Assembly: GCA_964578845.1 (NCBI GenBank)
Contig: CAZOEF010000003.1
Location: 5,009 to 69,008 of the forward strand
DNA: 64,000 bases
Source: Candidatus Woesearchaeota archaeon
GTDB taxonomy: Archaea; Nanobdellota; Nanobdellia; Pacearchaeales; GW2011-AR1
Direction: 5' to 3'
How positions within the stretch are numbered: the first letter of the stretch is position 1; each line of letters starts with the position of its first letter. The notes beneath the pieces are model-generated. The model ran no database searches, had not been told where the DNA came from, and saw only the letters and a program-made list of their open reading frames with translations. Positions 19,562 through 28,178 of the stretch are shown piece after piece. Made by a program: the position numbers and the translations under genes.

Positions 19562-19755
19562 TTTTTATACCTCTTTTTTTTAGCATAGAAATCTACTTTA
19601 ACAGGTTTCCTCACAATTTTTGTTGCCCTGAATTTAGCAACACTGCCATCAGATCTTTTAAATTTTACAGTGACAGGTTTCTTTATTGGCTTTGTTGCCC
19701 AAAAATTCACCCTTCTTCTACGCACCATTTTCTCCTTCTCCATCAGCAAATTCAT
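19555..19755 (-). CDS. Small polybasic protein with an internal duplication, upstream partner of the PIN gene
   Basis: ATKPIKKPVTVKFKR and ATKIVRKPVKVDFYAKKK form an internal repeat. It overlaps the PIN start by 7 nt. The true start may be an internal Met (MVRRRR at about 19725), because the track start overlaps the DUF4145-like gene. Confidence 0.4.
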   Translation of the reverse strand: MNLLMEKEKMVRRRRVNFWATKPIKKPVTVKFKRSDGSVAKFRATKIVRKPVKVDFYAKKKRYKKW

Positions 19756-20302
19756 AGTTTACTTTTAATAACAATTCAACAAATTCAAAACAATTTTGTG
19801 CTTCTTCCTTGGTGCGAGTCTCTATCTCATGATTAGCAATGTTTCCTAGACCCCTTACAGAATCTGCTTTGCTTTTACTCTTCTTGGGAACAATATTATT
19901 CTCGCATAAATAATCCACGTATTCTGCAAATCCAAGATTTTTCTTGGCTCCCTCATGCACTGCAACATTCATTATAACTTTTCTCATTAACATAATTGCG
20001 CCAGTAAAAGATCCAGACTGCATACATTTTCTAACTTCTTCATATACATCATTTATGTTCCTCGGAAGTTTTTTTATCTCCTTACCAGGTAAAGGTGCAA
20101 GTACTTCTCTATTAGCATTATCAACTATTACCGGAGCATTGCAATGATGGCAAATATAAATATGGCTATGTCTACGACCTAATCCATCATTAGTGTAATA
20201 TGCTAGCTGAGAGGCTATCTTTTCACCGCAATTCCAACAAATAAAAGACTTAGAATCTAATATTACAACGCCGTCCCAACTTGCTCCTTTAAAGCTATAC
20301 AT
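19718..20302 (-). CDS. DUF4145-like protein with an N-terminal zinc ribbon
   Basis: The Cys pairs are CWNCGEK...CHHCNAP. The C-terminal part is LGNIANHEIETRTKEEAQNCFEFVELLL. This family is commonly associated with R-M loci. Confidence 0.55.
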   Translation of the reverse strand: MYSFKGASWDGVVILDSKSFICWNCGEKIASQLAYYTNDGLGRRHSHIYICHHCNAPVIVDNANREVLAPLPGKEIKKLPRNINDVYEEVRKCMQSGSFTGAIMLMRKVIMNVAVHEGAKKNLGFAEYVDYLCENNIVPKKSKSKADSVRGLGNIANHEIETRTKEEAQNCFEFVELLLKVNYEFADGEGENGA

Positions 20303-20303
20303 C

Positions 20304-21830
20304 TTAAACCCTCCACCCCAGTTTCTCTAAATTATTCTTAATATCTCCTTCTAGTTTCTCACTCTCCCTAAACTGTTCACTTAACTCTTTAGTCAATCTA
20401 GTCATCTTCTCCTCAAAAGGCTCGCCGTCATCTTCCACTTCAGCAACACCAACATATCTCCCAGGAGTTAAAATAAAACCGTTCTTACTAACATCCTCTA
20501 AACTAGCACTCTTACAAAATCCAGCAACATCCTCATACTTTCCCTCTCCTCTCCAAGCATGATAAACATCTGAAATCTTCTTAATATCTTCATCACTTAA
20601 TTCCCTGTGCCTTCTATCAATCATTCTTCCCATATTTCTAGCATCAATAAACAATATCTCACCCTTCCTCTCCCGTTTACCATGATTACTCTTATCCTTA
20701 GTCAAAAACCATAAACAAGCAGGAATCATAGTATTGTAAAATAATTGCGAAGGCAAAGCAACCATACAATCAACTAAATCATCCTCAACAATCTTCCGCC
20801 TAATCTCTCCTTCCCCGGAAGTATTACTAGACATTGAACCATTAGCCAAAACAAAACCAGCAATACCACTAGGAGACAAATGATGTACAAAATGCTGAAC
20901 CCAAGCAAAATTAGCATTACCAGTAGGAGGAACTCCATACTTCCATCTAACATCTTCCTTAAGCAAATGCCCATTCCAATCACTAGAATTAAACGGAGGA
21001 TTAGCCAAAATATAATCAGCCCTCAAATCCTTATGCTTACTATCATGAAAAGTATCTCCCCACCCAATATTTGACTCAATACCTCTAATAGCCATGTTCA
21101 TCTTGCAAAGCTTCCAAGTAGTAGAATTAGACTCCTGTCCATAAACATAAATATCTCCCTTCTTACCAGAATGTTCCTCAACAAACTTCTCTGATTGAAC
21201 AAACATCCCTCCTGAACCACAACAAGGATCGTAAATTCTGCCTCTAAAAGGCTCAATCATCTCAACTAATAACTTAACAATAGACTTAGGAGTGTAAAAC
21301 TGCCCTCCCTTCTTACCCTCAGCATCTGCAAACTGTCCCAAAAAATACTCATACACTGCTCCAAGCATATCCTTACTCTTACTCTCCTTATCCCCTAAAC
21401 CAATAGTTCCAATCAAATCTATCAACTCACCTAAACGTGTCTTATCTAATGACTCTCTAGCATAATCCTTAGGTAAAACCCCTCGCAGAGAAACATTCTC
21501 CCTTTCAATTGAATCCATAGCAGCATCAATAAGCTTCCCTATAGTTGTCTGTCTAGCATTTTTCTGCAAATATTCCCATCTAGCCTCAGGCGGAACCCAA
21601 AAAATATTCCTAGCCTTATACTCATCTATATCCTCTGGATCTCCATCCGGATCTTGCTTAATCTCATTATATGCCTCCTCAAAAGAATCAGAAATATACT
21701 TCAAGAAAATGAGACCTAAAACCACGTGTTTGTACTCAGCGGCATCCATATTGCTTCGAAGCTTATCAGCCGCTATCCACATCTTCTGCTCAAATCCCAG
21801 TTTCACCCCGTTAGAGTTTTCTCTGCCCAT
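20304..21830 (-). CDS. hsdM: Type I restriction-modification system, M subunit (N6-adenine DNA methyltransferase)
   Basis: The N-terminal HsdM domain contains [11 protein letters not shown]. The SAM site is DPCCGSGGM and the catalytic motif is NPPF ([12 protein letters not shown]). Confidence 0.92.
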   Translation of the reverse strand: MGRENSNGVKLGFEQKMWIAADKLRSNMDAAEYKHVVLGLIFLKYISDSFEEAYNEIKQDPDGDPEDIDEYKARNIFWVPPEARWEYLQKNARQTTIGKLIDAAMDSIERENVSLRGVLPKDYARESLDKTRLGELIDLIGTIGLGDKESKSKDMLGAVYEYFLGQFADAEGKKGGQFYTPKSIVKLLVEMIEPFRGRIYDPCCGSGGMFVQSEKFVEEHSGKKGDIYVYGQESNSTTWKLCKMNMAIRGIESNIGWGDTFHDSKHKDLRADYILANPPFNSSDWNGHLLKEDVRWKYGVPPTGNANFAWVQHFVHHLSPSGIAGFVLANGSMSSNTSGEGEIRRKIVEDDLVDCMVALPSQLFYNTMIPACLWFLTKDKSNHGKRERKGEILFIDARNMGRMIDRRHRELSDEDIKKISDVYHAWRGEGKYEDVAGFCKSASLEDVSKNGFILTPGRYVGVAEVEDDGEPFEEKMTRLTKELSEQFRESEKLEGDIKNNLEKLGWRV

Positions 21831-21885
21831 TCAAAATCCGATATCATAGTCCTAAATAAGCTTTTCTCCTATAAATGGGATAAAT

Positions 21886-22248
21886 CTAAATCTCATTATA
21901 TTTCTTATTAGAACCTTTGAACTTATCTACTGGATATTTCTCCTCGTTCTTCTTTATCTTGTTGAATAAAGACTCAGAAAGATCGATATCATATTTCTGG
22001 GAGAACCTTAACAGAAAATAAAGAACATCAGACAATTCATCAGCTATCTGCTCCCTTTTCTTCTCGTCTTTAAAGATAGCATCGGATTCCTCGTGATCCT
22101 TCCATCTGAAATGTTCAAGTAATTCTGAAGCCTCAATAGACATAGAAAGTGCTAAATCTTTAGCATTGTGGAACTTCTCCCAGTCCCTCTCCTGACAAAA
22201 AGCCTTCACCTTATCCTTCAAATCACGTATTCTAAGCTCGTCATCCAT
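21886..22248 (-). CDS. MazG-like nucleotide pyrophosphohydrolase
   Basis: The protein is 120 aa. The blocks SIEASELLEHFRWK and ADELSDVLYFLLRF are typical of small all-alpha NTP pyrophosphatases. Confidence 0.7.
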   Translation of the reverse strand: MDDELRIRDLKDKVKAFCQERDWEKFHNAKDLALSMSIEASELLEHFRWKDHEESDAIFKDEKKREQIADELSDVLYFLLRFSQKYDIDLSESLFNKIKKNEEKYPVDKFKGSNKKYNEI

Positions 22249-22272
22249 TGAAATGTCCTATAATTTAAACTA

Positions 22273-22291
22273 TTTAAAACTCTTCCGAATC
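22273..22291 (-). promoter_or_regulatory. BRE/TATA-like promoter element GATTCGGAAGAGTTTTAAA
   Basis: It lies about 25 nt upstream of the ATG at 22248. A near-identical element is at 24015..24032. Confidence 0.5.
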
Positions 22292-22299
22292 TGGGACTA

Positions 22300-22443
22300 T
22301 CCAGGAATTAGGACCCCTTCAAGGGAAATACAAACAGTTAAATATCCAATAAGCTAAGGTATAATGTCTGGGTAAGTCCTAGGGAGGTTGTGTGCCGGAT
22401 GGTACACCTTGTCTTAATCCCTAGGGTCCGGATGCCTAAATTC
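22300..22443 (-). other. GC-richer structured intergenic element (possible ncRNA or 3' UTR structure)
   Basis: An 8-bp stem, TCCTAGGG/CCCTAGGA on the plus strand (CCTAGGGA/TCCCTAGG as transcribed), encloses 33 nt. The heptamer ccggatg occurs at about 22394 and about 22428 on the plus strand. A second small hairpin is CCCTT-C-AAGGG at about 22314..22326. Confidence 0.3.
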
Positions 22444-23064
22444 TCAAGGAAATTGCTTCTCTGTAGTGATTTTGTCTTTGATTTTATCATAATAATCAAG
22501 ATTGCCAAACTCATATTTGTTAAAAATAGCTCCTGAAACAAAATCCAATGCTTGCAAGGAGCCATTGGACTTGGAATCTTCATGTTTGATTGATAGATTA
22601 TTGCATTTGTCAAGCAATTTAAAGCGGATATAATTATCAAAATCGTCCCTTAAAGATCTCTTATTCTTAGATCTATCAACAATGAGCTCAAATGATCCAT
22701 CTACAGAACATTCAGCAATAATAAGATTGCATAGATAATTATATAATTTATGCTTTTTCTCCTTAAGATAATCATACACCTTTGATTTATCAAGTATTAT
22801 CGTAAATATCTCAAAGTCGATCTTAGCAAGCTTCTCAAATACCTTGCTCTTTATAATATCACTAGAATTATTCCACTTTATTTCTGTAGATTTCTTTAAT
22901 TTCTTCTTAAGTATTCTTTGCCTGACTTTTCTTACAATCCTATGAAGCTCCTGTTCTTCAACAGCGCCGCAAACCAACAAAGTTATAGTCAAAAATTTAG
23001 AAGATTTTTCTCCAAATCCGAGTTCACCGCTTTCATCCAAAAAAATATATTTCATATTTTCCAA
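22444..23064 (-). CDS. DUF3800-like protein
   Basis: The N-terminal MKYIFLDESGELG is the hallmark start of that family. The size is 206 aa. Confidence 0.6.
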   Translation of the reverse strand: MENMKYIFLDESGELGFGEKSSKFLTITLLVCGAVEEQELHRIVRKVRQRILKKKLKKSTEIKWNNSSDIIKSKVFEKLAKIDFEIFTIILDKSKVYDYLKEKKHKLYNYLCNLIIAECSVDGSFELIVDRSKNKRSLRDDFDNYIRFKLLDKCNNLSIKHEDSKSNGSLQALDFVSGAIFNKYEFGNLDYYDKIKDKITTEKQFP

Positions 23065-23113
23065 GACAAGGTTTAATTAATAAATTTATCCGAGAGAAAA
23101 ATATCGTTGTCTG

Positions 23114-23437
23114 TTAATCACTCTCTTCCCAAAACTGCTTCAACTCTATCAACAAAACTCTAACATAAGGTAGACTAACTCGACTGGGAGCCCTATCAAA
23201 AAGGAATCTTACTTCTGCTCCGTAAGGAACTTCCATGCACATCACGTCTATGAAATCCTTGCCATCGACATAATTTTCATCAAGCTTCCCGTCTTTGACC
23301 CTTGCCACCCAGACAGAATTATCATAATCCTTGAGTATTCCTGTCAACACACAGCAAGGACCTGCGTGTAGTCCATCTAGTATTCTCACAGACGTTCTTG
23401 CCTCATAGAACTCTGCTCGTTCAATTATGTCAACCAT
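23114..23437 (-). CDS. Hypothetical protein (107 aa)
   Basis: It is an intact ORF that abuts the upstream gene with no gap (stop at 23438, start at 23437). I recognised no family. Confidence 0.4.
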   Translation of the reverse strand: MVDIIERAEFYEARTSVRILDGLHAGPCCVLTGILKDYDNSVWVARVKDGKLDENYVDGKDFIDVMCMEVPYGAEVRFLFDRAPSRVSLPYVRVLLIELKQFWEESD

Positions 23438-23992
23438 CTAAAACCTCTTTCTAAAAACAGAATACAAAGGAAAGATAATATCTGCCTCTCTCATCTGTCT
23501 CTTGGATTCACGAACGCTCAACAACTCCGCAGGATGTCTATCATGATCGATAGATCCCATGAATCCATACCTTAAAGATCCTAATAACCTACTCGTATTA
23601 TCATTTAAGTCATTAGTTAATATATACCCTCCTCGCCCGACAGTTCCGATAACGCTTTCGACAGTGATATAAAAGTTAGACAGCACCAATAAATCAAACT
23701 TCTTTTCAGGAGCATATTTCTTAAAATCCATAAATCTGGCATCCATTCCTCTTTCTCTCAACTTGTCAATAGCCTCCTGGTCAGTATCCATAAATATGAT
23801 CTCTGAATCAGGGAAAACTATCATTGGAGTGACGTCTAAACCACAACGAGGATAAAAAACTCTTTCTGGAACCATAAATCTTTCCTTGAAGAGAATGCAT
23901 GCCTTAGCTAAACTCGGTCTAAATTCATAATCATCTGACCTGATAAAAACATCAGAAGGTCTTCCCTTGATCTCAATTATCTCGTTATCCAT
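23438..23992 (-). CDS. Rossmann/methyltransferase-like protein with a degenerate SAM motif
   Basis: VFYPRCGLDV, IIFMDTD, FDLLVLSN and GGYIL follow the strand order of class I methyltransferases, but the glycine-rich loop is missing. Confidence 0.35.
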   Translation of the reverse strand: MDNEIIEIKGRPSDVFIRSDDYEFRPSLAKACILFKERFMVPERVFYPRCGLDVTPMIVFPDSEIIFMDTDQEAIDKLRERGMDARFMDFKKYAPEKKFDLLVLSNFYITVESVIGTVGRGGYILTNDLNDNTSRLLGSLRYGFMGSIDHDRHPAELLSVRESKRQMREADIIFPLYSVFRKRF

Positions 23993-24014
23993 AGAATAAT
24001 TCCAAGAATTGGAT

Positions 24015-24032
24015 TTTTAAACTCTTCCGAAT
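24015..24032 (-). promoter_or_regulatory. BRE/TATA-like promoter element GATTCGGAAGAGTTTAAA
   Basis: It lies about 23 nt upstream of the ATG at 23992. It is a near-identical copy of 22273..22291. Confidence 0.5.
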
Positions 24033-24055
24033 CAAATAAGCTGCTAAATATTTGA

Positions 24056-25057
24056 TCACTTATTCAACGCCCTCTCCTCGCCGCGTTTAGGATCATCAAA
24101 CCATTCAAAATATTTCTTAACACCTTCTCTGCCATTCTCAACTAATTCTTTTATCTGCTCTTCAGTCAAAGAAAAATCAGTAGCTTTCACATTATTGTTC
24201 TCGATAAATATTGTCCTATGCCAGTCATTCTTATGCAAGTGCATCCTATTGACTATCTCTGTCAGGCCTTCAACCAGTGCTTTAGCATAATCACCAAAGC
24301 CATTCACATCTTTATCAACTGAATCTATTTTACCAAGGTTCTTGGCTATCTCTTCGACTGAATCAACTCTTAATCCAATAGTCTCCTTGTTATAGATCGC
24401 CTCAGCAAAAGGCAAATAAGGTGCAGGAGAAAACTTCTTACTATCAAACAAATAATCTTTAGAATCAAAGACATTCAGAGGATAATTATAATATAATCCT
24501 CCATCAACATAAACATCTTTGTCTAATCTAACGCTTCTAAAGAACAAAGGAATGCTCATCGATATTCTTACAGCGTCAGCTATTCTCATTTCAGGATGAG
24601 TCTCATGACTAAACACTACTGATCTTTTCTCATCTAGATTAGTCCCGATAACAAATAGTTCCTTCTTGCTATTATCAGCTCTCCTCAAATCAGCTAATCC
24701 AGAAAAAGTCAGATCAGGATCTACCTTCTTAGATATGTGTTTCCTAAACCATTTCCTAAAAGCCTCCCCTTTATACCATCCATAATTCTTAAAGAACCTA
24801 AAAATATCAAACACAATAAAACCAGAATCCTTGAACATATTGAAATCAGTTTCAGCTAATATCTCTTTTATCTCACTAGCAGAAAAGCCCAAAGCAAAAA
24901 AAGCAGCAGTGATAGCTCCTGCACTGGTCCCAGCACATCTTTCAATATTATCTAGAACACCCTTCTCTTCTAATACTTCAAGAGCTCCAGTGTAAGCAAT
25001 GCCCTTGACACCTCCGCCCTCAAAGACTATGTTCCTGAAATGATAACCTCTTTTCAT
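24056..25057 (-). CDS. Patatin-like phospholipase
   Basis: The oxyanion motif is FEGGGVKG, the nucleophile elbow is GTSAG, and the dyad Asp lies in VYVDGG. Confidence 0.85.
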   Translation of the reverse strand: MKRGYHFRNIVFEGGGVKGIAYTGALEVLEEKGVLDNIERCAGTSAGAITAAFFALGFSASEIKEILAETDFNMFKDSGFIVFDIFRFFKNYGWYKGEAFRKWFRKHISKKVDPDLTFSGLADLRRADNSKKELFVIGTNLDEKRSVVFSHETHPEMRIADAVRISMSIPLFFRSVRLDKDVYVDGGLYYNYPLNVFDSKDYLFDSKKFSPAPYLPFAEAIYNKETIGLRVDSVEEIAKNLGKIDSVDKDVNGFGDYAKALVEGLTEIVNRMHLHKNDWHRTIFIENNNVKATDFSLTEEQIKELVENGREGVKKYFEWFDDPKRGEERALNK

Positions 25058-25087
25058 TAAACTAAATAGAGATCTAGTTATATAAAA

Positions 25088-25336
25088 CTAACCAGTTTCT
25101 CTATAAATCCCATTTCTATCCTGGTCTCTTGTGTTCATTATCCTGGTTTCAAGCTGCCAAAGCTCCTCTTCAATCTCACTTAGCCTATTATAAACTGCTA
25201 AATACCTTCTATCCACATTAGGCCCTTCAAGATACTTCTCTCTGATTCTTCTCATGACTCTACTCACAAACCTTCGATTTGCATAAACATCATCAACATT
25301 AAGATTCTCATCCTCATCCTTGACAACTCTATCCAT
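25088..25336 (-). CDS. Hypothetical small protein
   Basis: The track ORF is 25088..25375. I prefer the internal Met (MDRVVKDED) because a TATA-like box lies about 22 nt upstream. I recognised no family. Confidence 0.3.
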   Translation of the reverse strand: MDRVVKDEDENLNVDDVYANRRFVSRVMRRIREKYLEGPNVDRRYLAVYNRLSEIEEELWQLETRIMNTRDQDRNGIYRETG

Positions 25337-25502
25337 TCTCAAAGAAAAAATTGCTTTTAAGCATAAAACACTCAAGCAAAACTCCTATTTAAACCGTTCG
25401 TTGTATTCCCTAAGTGCATCTGTTCCGGTTAAACAATTCCATTAATAGGACTCTCCCAATTTCAATGCCTTGATTAATAACCCTTCAAAATAAACCAGTT
25501 CG

Positions 25503-25793
25503 ATGTCAATATCTTTTCAGATAACAGATGTGATGGGCAGGGAGATCCAGCTTGGCCCAAGACAATGGAGCCATATAATGAAAAGCCATCCTTATATGGA
25601 GAGATATCTTCAGGAAATAATAAACACTCTGAAAAAGCCGGATAGACTAGACAGAAAACTATACTTGAAAGGATACTACTATAAGCATTTTAAATACTTA
25701 AAAAATCCAAACAGATTTATCCTTGTCATAATCAGATATTCAAACGGCAAAGGCTTTGTTATAACTTCTTACTTAACTGACAAGATAAAATGA
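25503..25793 (+). CDS. Putative toxin-like small protein, paralog of 5258..5614
   Basis: Shared conserved blocks are listed under 5258..5614. An ATGA overlap links it to the downstream gene. Confidence 0.55.
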   Translation: MSISFQITDVMGREIQLGPRQWSHIMKSHPYMERYLQEIINTLKKPDRLDRKLYLKGYYYKHFKYLKNPNRFILVIIRYSNGKGFVITSYLTDKIK

Positions 25794-26032
25794 ACATCTA
25801 CGAAATATATTATGATGAAGAATCTGATTTTCTAGAAATATCCTTCGGTGAGTCTGCAAACGAAGGGACAACTGAGGAAATAGAACCAGGAATATTCCTA
25901 ACTAAAGACATCCAAACAGATAAAATAACCAACATTGGAATAATGGATTTCAGGAAAGGTGCTAATATACTAAGAAGAATATTAACAGAACTAAATATCT
26001 CCTTTCCCCTTAAAATAGATATCTCTGATTAA
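25790..26032 (+). CDS. DUF2283-like small protein, paralog of 5611..5850
   Basis: The sequence is YEIYYDEESDFLEISFGE...IGIMDFRKGANIL. Confidence 0.6.
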   Translation: MNIYEIYYDEESDFLEISFGESANEGTTEEIEPGIFLTKDIQTDKITNIGIMDFRKGANILRRILTELNISFPLKIDISD

Positions 26033-27159
26033 TTGATTACTTCAACCCCTGCATCTTTAGCCAATTGAATAATTTCTTTCCTTGTATCGTTAGCCTGGAC
26101 ATTTAGCCTGTTTATCCTTTTCTCTCCATCAATTATTTCATCCCCTAAATTCTTGATATCTATCTCTGATTTTTCCAAGTCTCTATCCAGTTCATTAACA
26201 GGATCTTCACCCAAAACAATATTCTTGATTTTTTTATCCAGTTCAGTAATCTCTTCTAGTATTTCGTTTATTTCCTCTCTGTTATCAAGTGAATTGATCA
26301 AAGTTAGCAGCATGCCTTTATTCTCGTTAAATGCTTCTTCAAAATCATCCCTGTATCTCTTCACATAGTCCATCTCCTTCTCGTTTGTATGCCATATTCT
26401 TGCCAGCCTCTTAAAATCAATGCTCTCTTTTGCCTTGCCTATCTTTCTTAATAGGTCTTTCTTGGAATCCTCCAGGTTTTGCCGCCTTTCCTCTCTATTA
26501 ATTGATTCAGGGCTTTTCCTTATTCTCTCAATCTCTTTCTTAAGTGATTCTTTCTCCTTATCCTTTCCGTCAATCTCTAGATTAAGTTCCTTTATCTCGT
26601 CTCTAACTCTTGATTCAGATTCATTAAGATCGTTTAACTCTTCAAGCTTGCTCTTCATGTCAGAAAACAATTTATCCTTCCTGATAACTTCCTCATTGTC
26701 TTTGTATATTCTATCTAAGTCCCTTAAGAAATTCCTTATTGATTCTTTTGTTGCGGCAAGCTCTTTCCCGATAAGAAAAGTAGACTTTCCATAACTAATT
26801 CCTGCCTTCCTGTCAAAATCAGAAAGTATCTTGCCTATTTTTTCAATATCTTTGTTCAGCTCAAGATCATTCCCCAGCTTTCTTATATATCTGATATAGT
26901 TTCCAAGATTCTCCTTGACAATCAATTTTACCCTATCCTCTTCTTTTATTTTGTCCCAGTCTAAATTATCTAATTCGTCTGCGCTGCCCCTTAATTCATC
27001 AACTAACTTAGATGTCCTTTCATTAACAGAATTATGGAATGCATCTTTTCTTTTTATTAAGCCTTTATGCATCTCTTCTGCATAGTTATAGATCTCGGAA
27101 AAAGGAATTCTATTAATTGTTGCTTCTTTCTTTTTCTTAAAAATATCCTTAAATCCCAT
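26029..27159 (-). CDS. Coiled-coil protein (376 aa)
   Basis: It is K/E/D/L-rich with a heptad-like composition throughout and has no TM helix. Confidence 0.5.
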   Translation of the reverse strand: MGFKDIFKKKKEATINRIPFSEIYNYAEEMHKGLIKRKDAFHNSVNERTSKLVDELRGSADELDNLDWDKIKEEDRVKLIVKENLGNYIRYIRKLGNDLELNKDIEKIGKILSDFDRKAGISYGKSTFLIGKELAATKESIRNFLRDLDRIYKDNEEVIRKDKLFSDMKSKLEELNDLNESESRVRDEIKELNLEIDGKDKEKESLKKEIERIRKSPESINREERRQNLEDSKKDLLRKIGKAKESIDFKRLARIWHTNEKEMDYVKRYRDDFEEAFNENKGMLLTLINSLDNREEINEILEEITELDKKIKNIVLGEDPVNELDRDLEKSEIDIKNLGDEIIDGEKRINRLNVQANDTRKEIIQLAKDAGVEVIN

Positions 27160-27193
27160 TAAAAATACTCAGTATTAGCAAATATAAACATTA

Positions 27194-27757
27194 TTAATCT
27201 TCGATCTTCTCAAATATTAAGTCAACATCAGAATTGCTGCTTATTTCAATTCCAAGCCTTTCAGATAATTTACCCAATAACTCAGTCAATCCTTCCTCAT
27301 TCACTGTTCCGTCAGCAGAAGTTATCAGTTCTCCAGAATCCATCACAAATTCCAAGTTCTCATCAACAATTTCATAATGGCCATTTATAGCTGATACTCC
27401 ATCAAAATCTTCTTTTATTAAACCTGAATATAATCCCAAATACATTTCAGGGGTAAAGCCTTCAATAGGTATAGCCCCTCCTTGTTTGTCAACTGCCCTT
27501 TTCCAGATCTCCTGTGCAAAATATTCATTCACTTCCTCATTTGTTTCCTGCACAAATACTTTCCCATCAAGAGTATAGCACTTCTGAGGATAACCCTCGG
27601 CTACAGCATATCCAGCATTAACACAATCCTCAAAATTATTTACCTCGACCTTCTTGCTTTCAGAATTATACACTAATACTCCGAATACTAACAATAGTGA
27701 GAATAATATTCCAAGTATTACCTTGTTCTCTTTGCTCATGCTTCTTAAAAACATCAT
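27194..27757 (-). CDS. Secreted or signal-anchored protein (187 aa)
   Basis: It has an N-terminal hydrophobic segment VILGILFSLLLVFGVLVY. Confidence 0.5.
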   Translation of the reverse strand: MMFLRSMSKENKVILGILFSLLLVFGVLVYNSESKKVEVNNFEDCVNAGYAVAEGYPQKCYTLDGKVFVQETNEEVNEYFAQEIWKRAVDKQGGAIPIEGFTPEMYLGLYSGLIKEDFDGVSAINGHYEIVDENLEFVMDSGELITSADGTVNEEGLTELLGKLSERLGIEISSNSDVDLIFEKIED

Positions 27758-27817
27758 AGATACAATAAAATAATCCTGTATTTAAATCATATCAAGAGTT
27801 CTAATCTGATTGAACTC

Positions 27818-28150
27818 TTATGACATCCCCTTGTTCTTATGCCTTCTTCTTCTACACATCCCATTGCTTTTCGTATATTCCCTTCCAAATATCTTAAAAA
27901 TTAAGTCCTCGGGGGTAACTCTTTCTAAGGTTATTGGGCTGAATTTTCTTGTAAAATTATTAGAACGAAGAGCTGTATAGCCCTCAATAAATGATTTTTC
28001 CACTTCATGGTAGTTTCTCACGTTTCCTGCATACTTATCAAATATCTTAAAGAATCTGTCAGTCAGTTCATCTAATTCTCTGGCTTTGCCCAGATGTAAA
28101 TATACTGTAGCAGCTCCTCGTGCTCTGAGCCTTGCCGTCTCGAGTTCCAT
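27818..28150 (-). CDS. Hypothetical protein
   Basis: The track ORF is 27818..28204. The internal Met at 28150 (MELETARLRARG) avoids overlap with the upstream gene. Confidence 0.35.
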   Translation of the reverse strand: MELETARLRARGAATVYLHLGKARELDELTDRFFKIFDKYAGNVRNYHEVEKSFIEGYTALRSNNFTRKFSPITLERVTPEDLIFKIFGREYTKSNGMCRRRRHKNKGMS

Positions 28151-28178
28151 AAAAAAGAATAAGTTGATTATTTTTAAA

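Noticed and set aside
20774-20983. A 69-aa minus-strand ORF lies in an alternative frame inside hsdM. The same applies to 56190..56405 beside the SpoIIM-like gene.
   Set aside because: These are alternative-frame overlaps with well-supported genes, and they have no independent evidence.
22338-22640. A 100-aa minus-strand ORF spans the intergenic element and the end of the DUF3800-like gene.
   Set aside because: It overlaps a better-supported gene in another frame and a structured GC-richer non-coding stretch. Its sequence is implausible.
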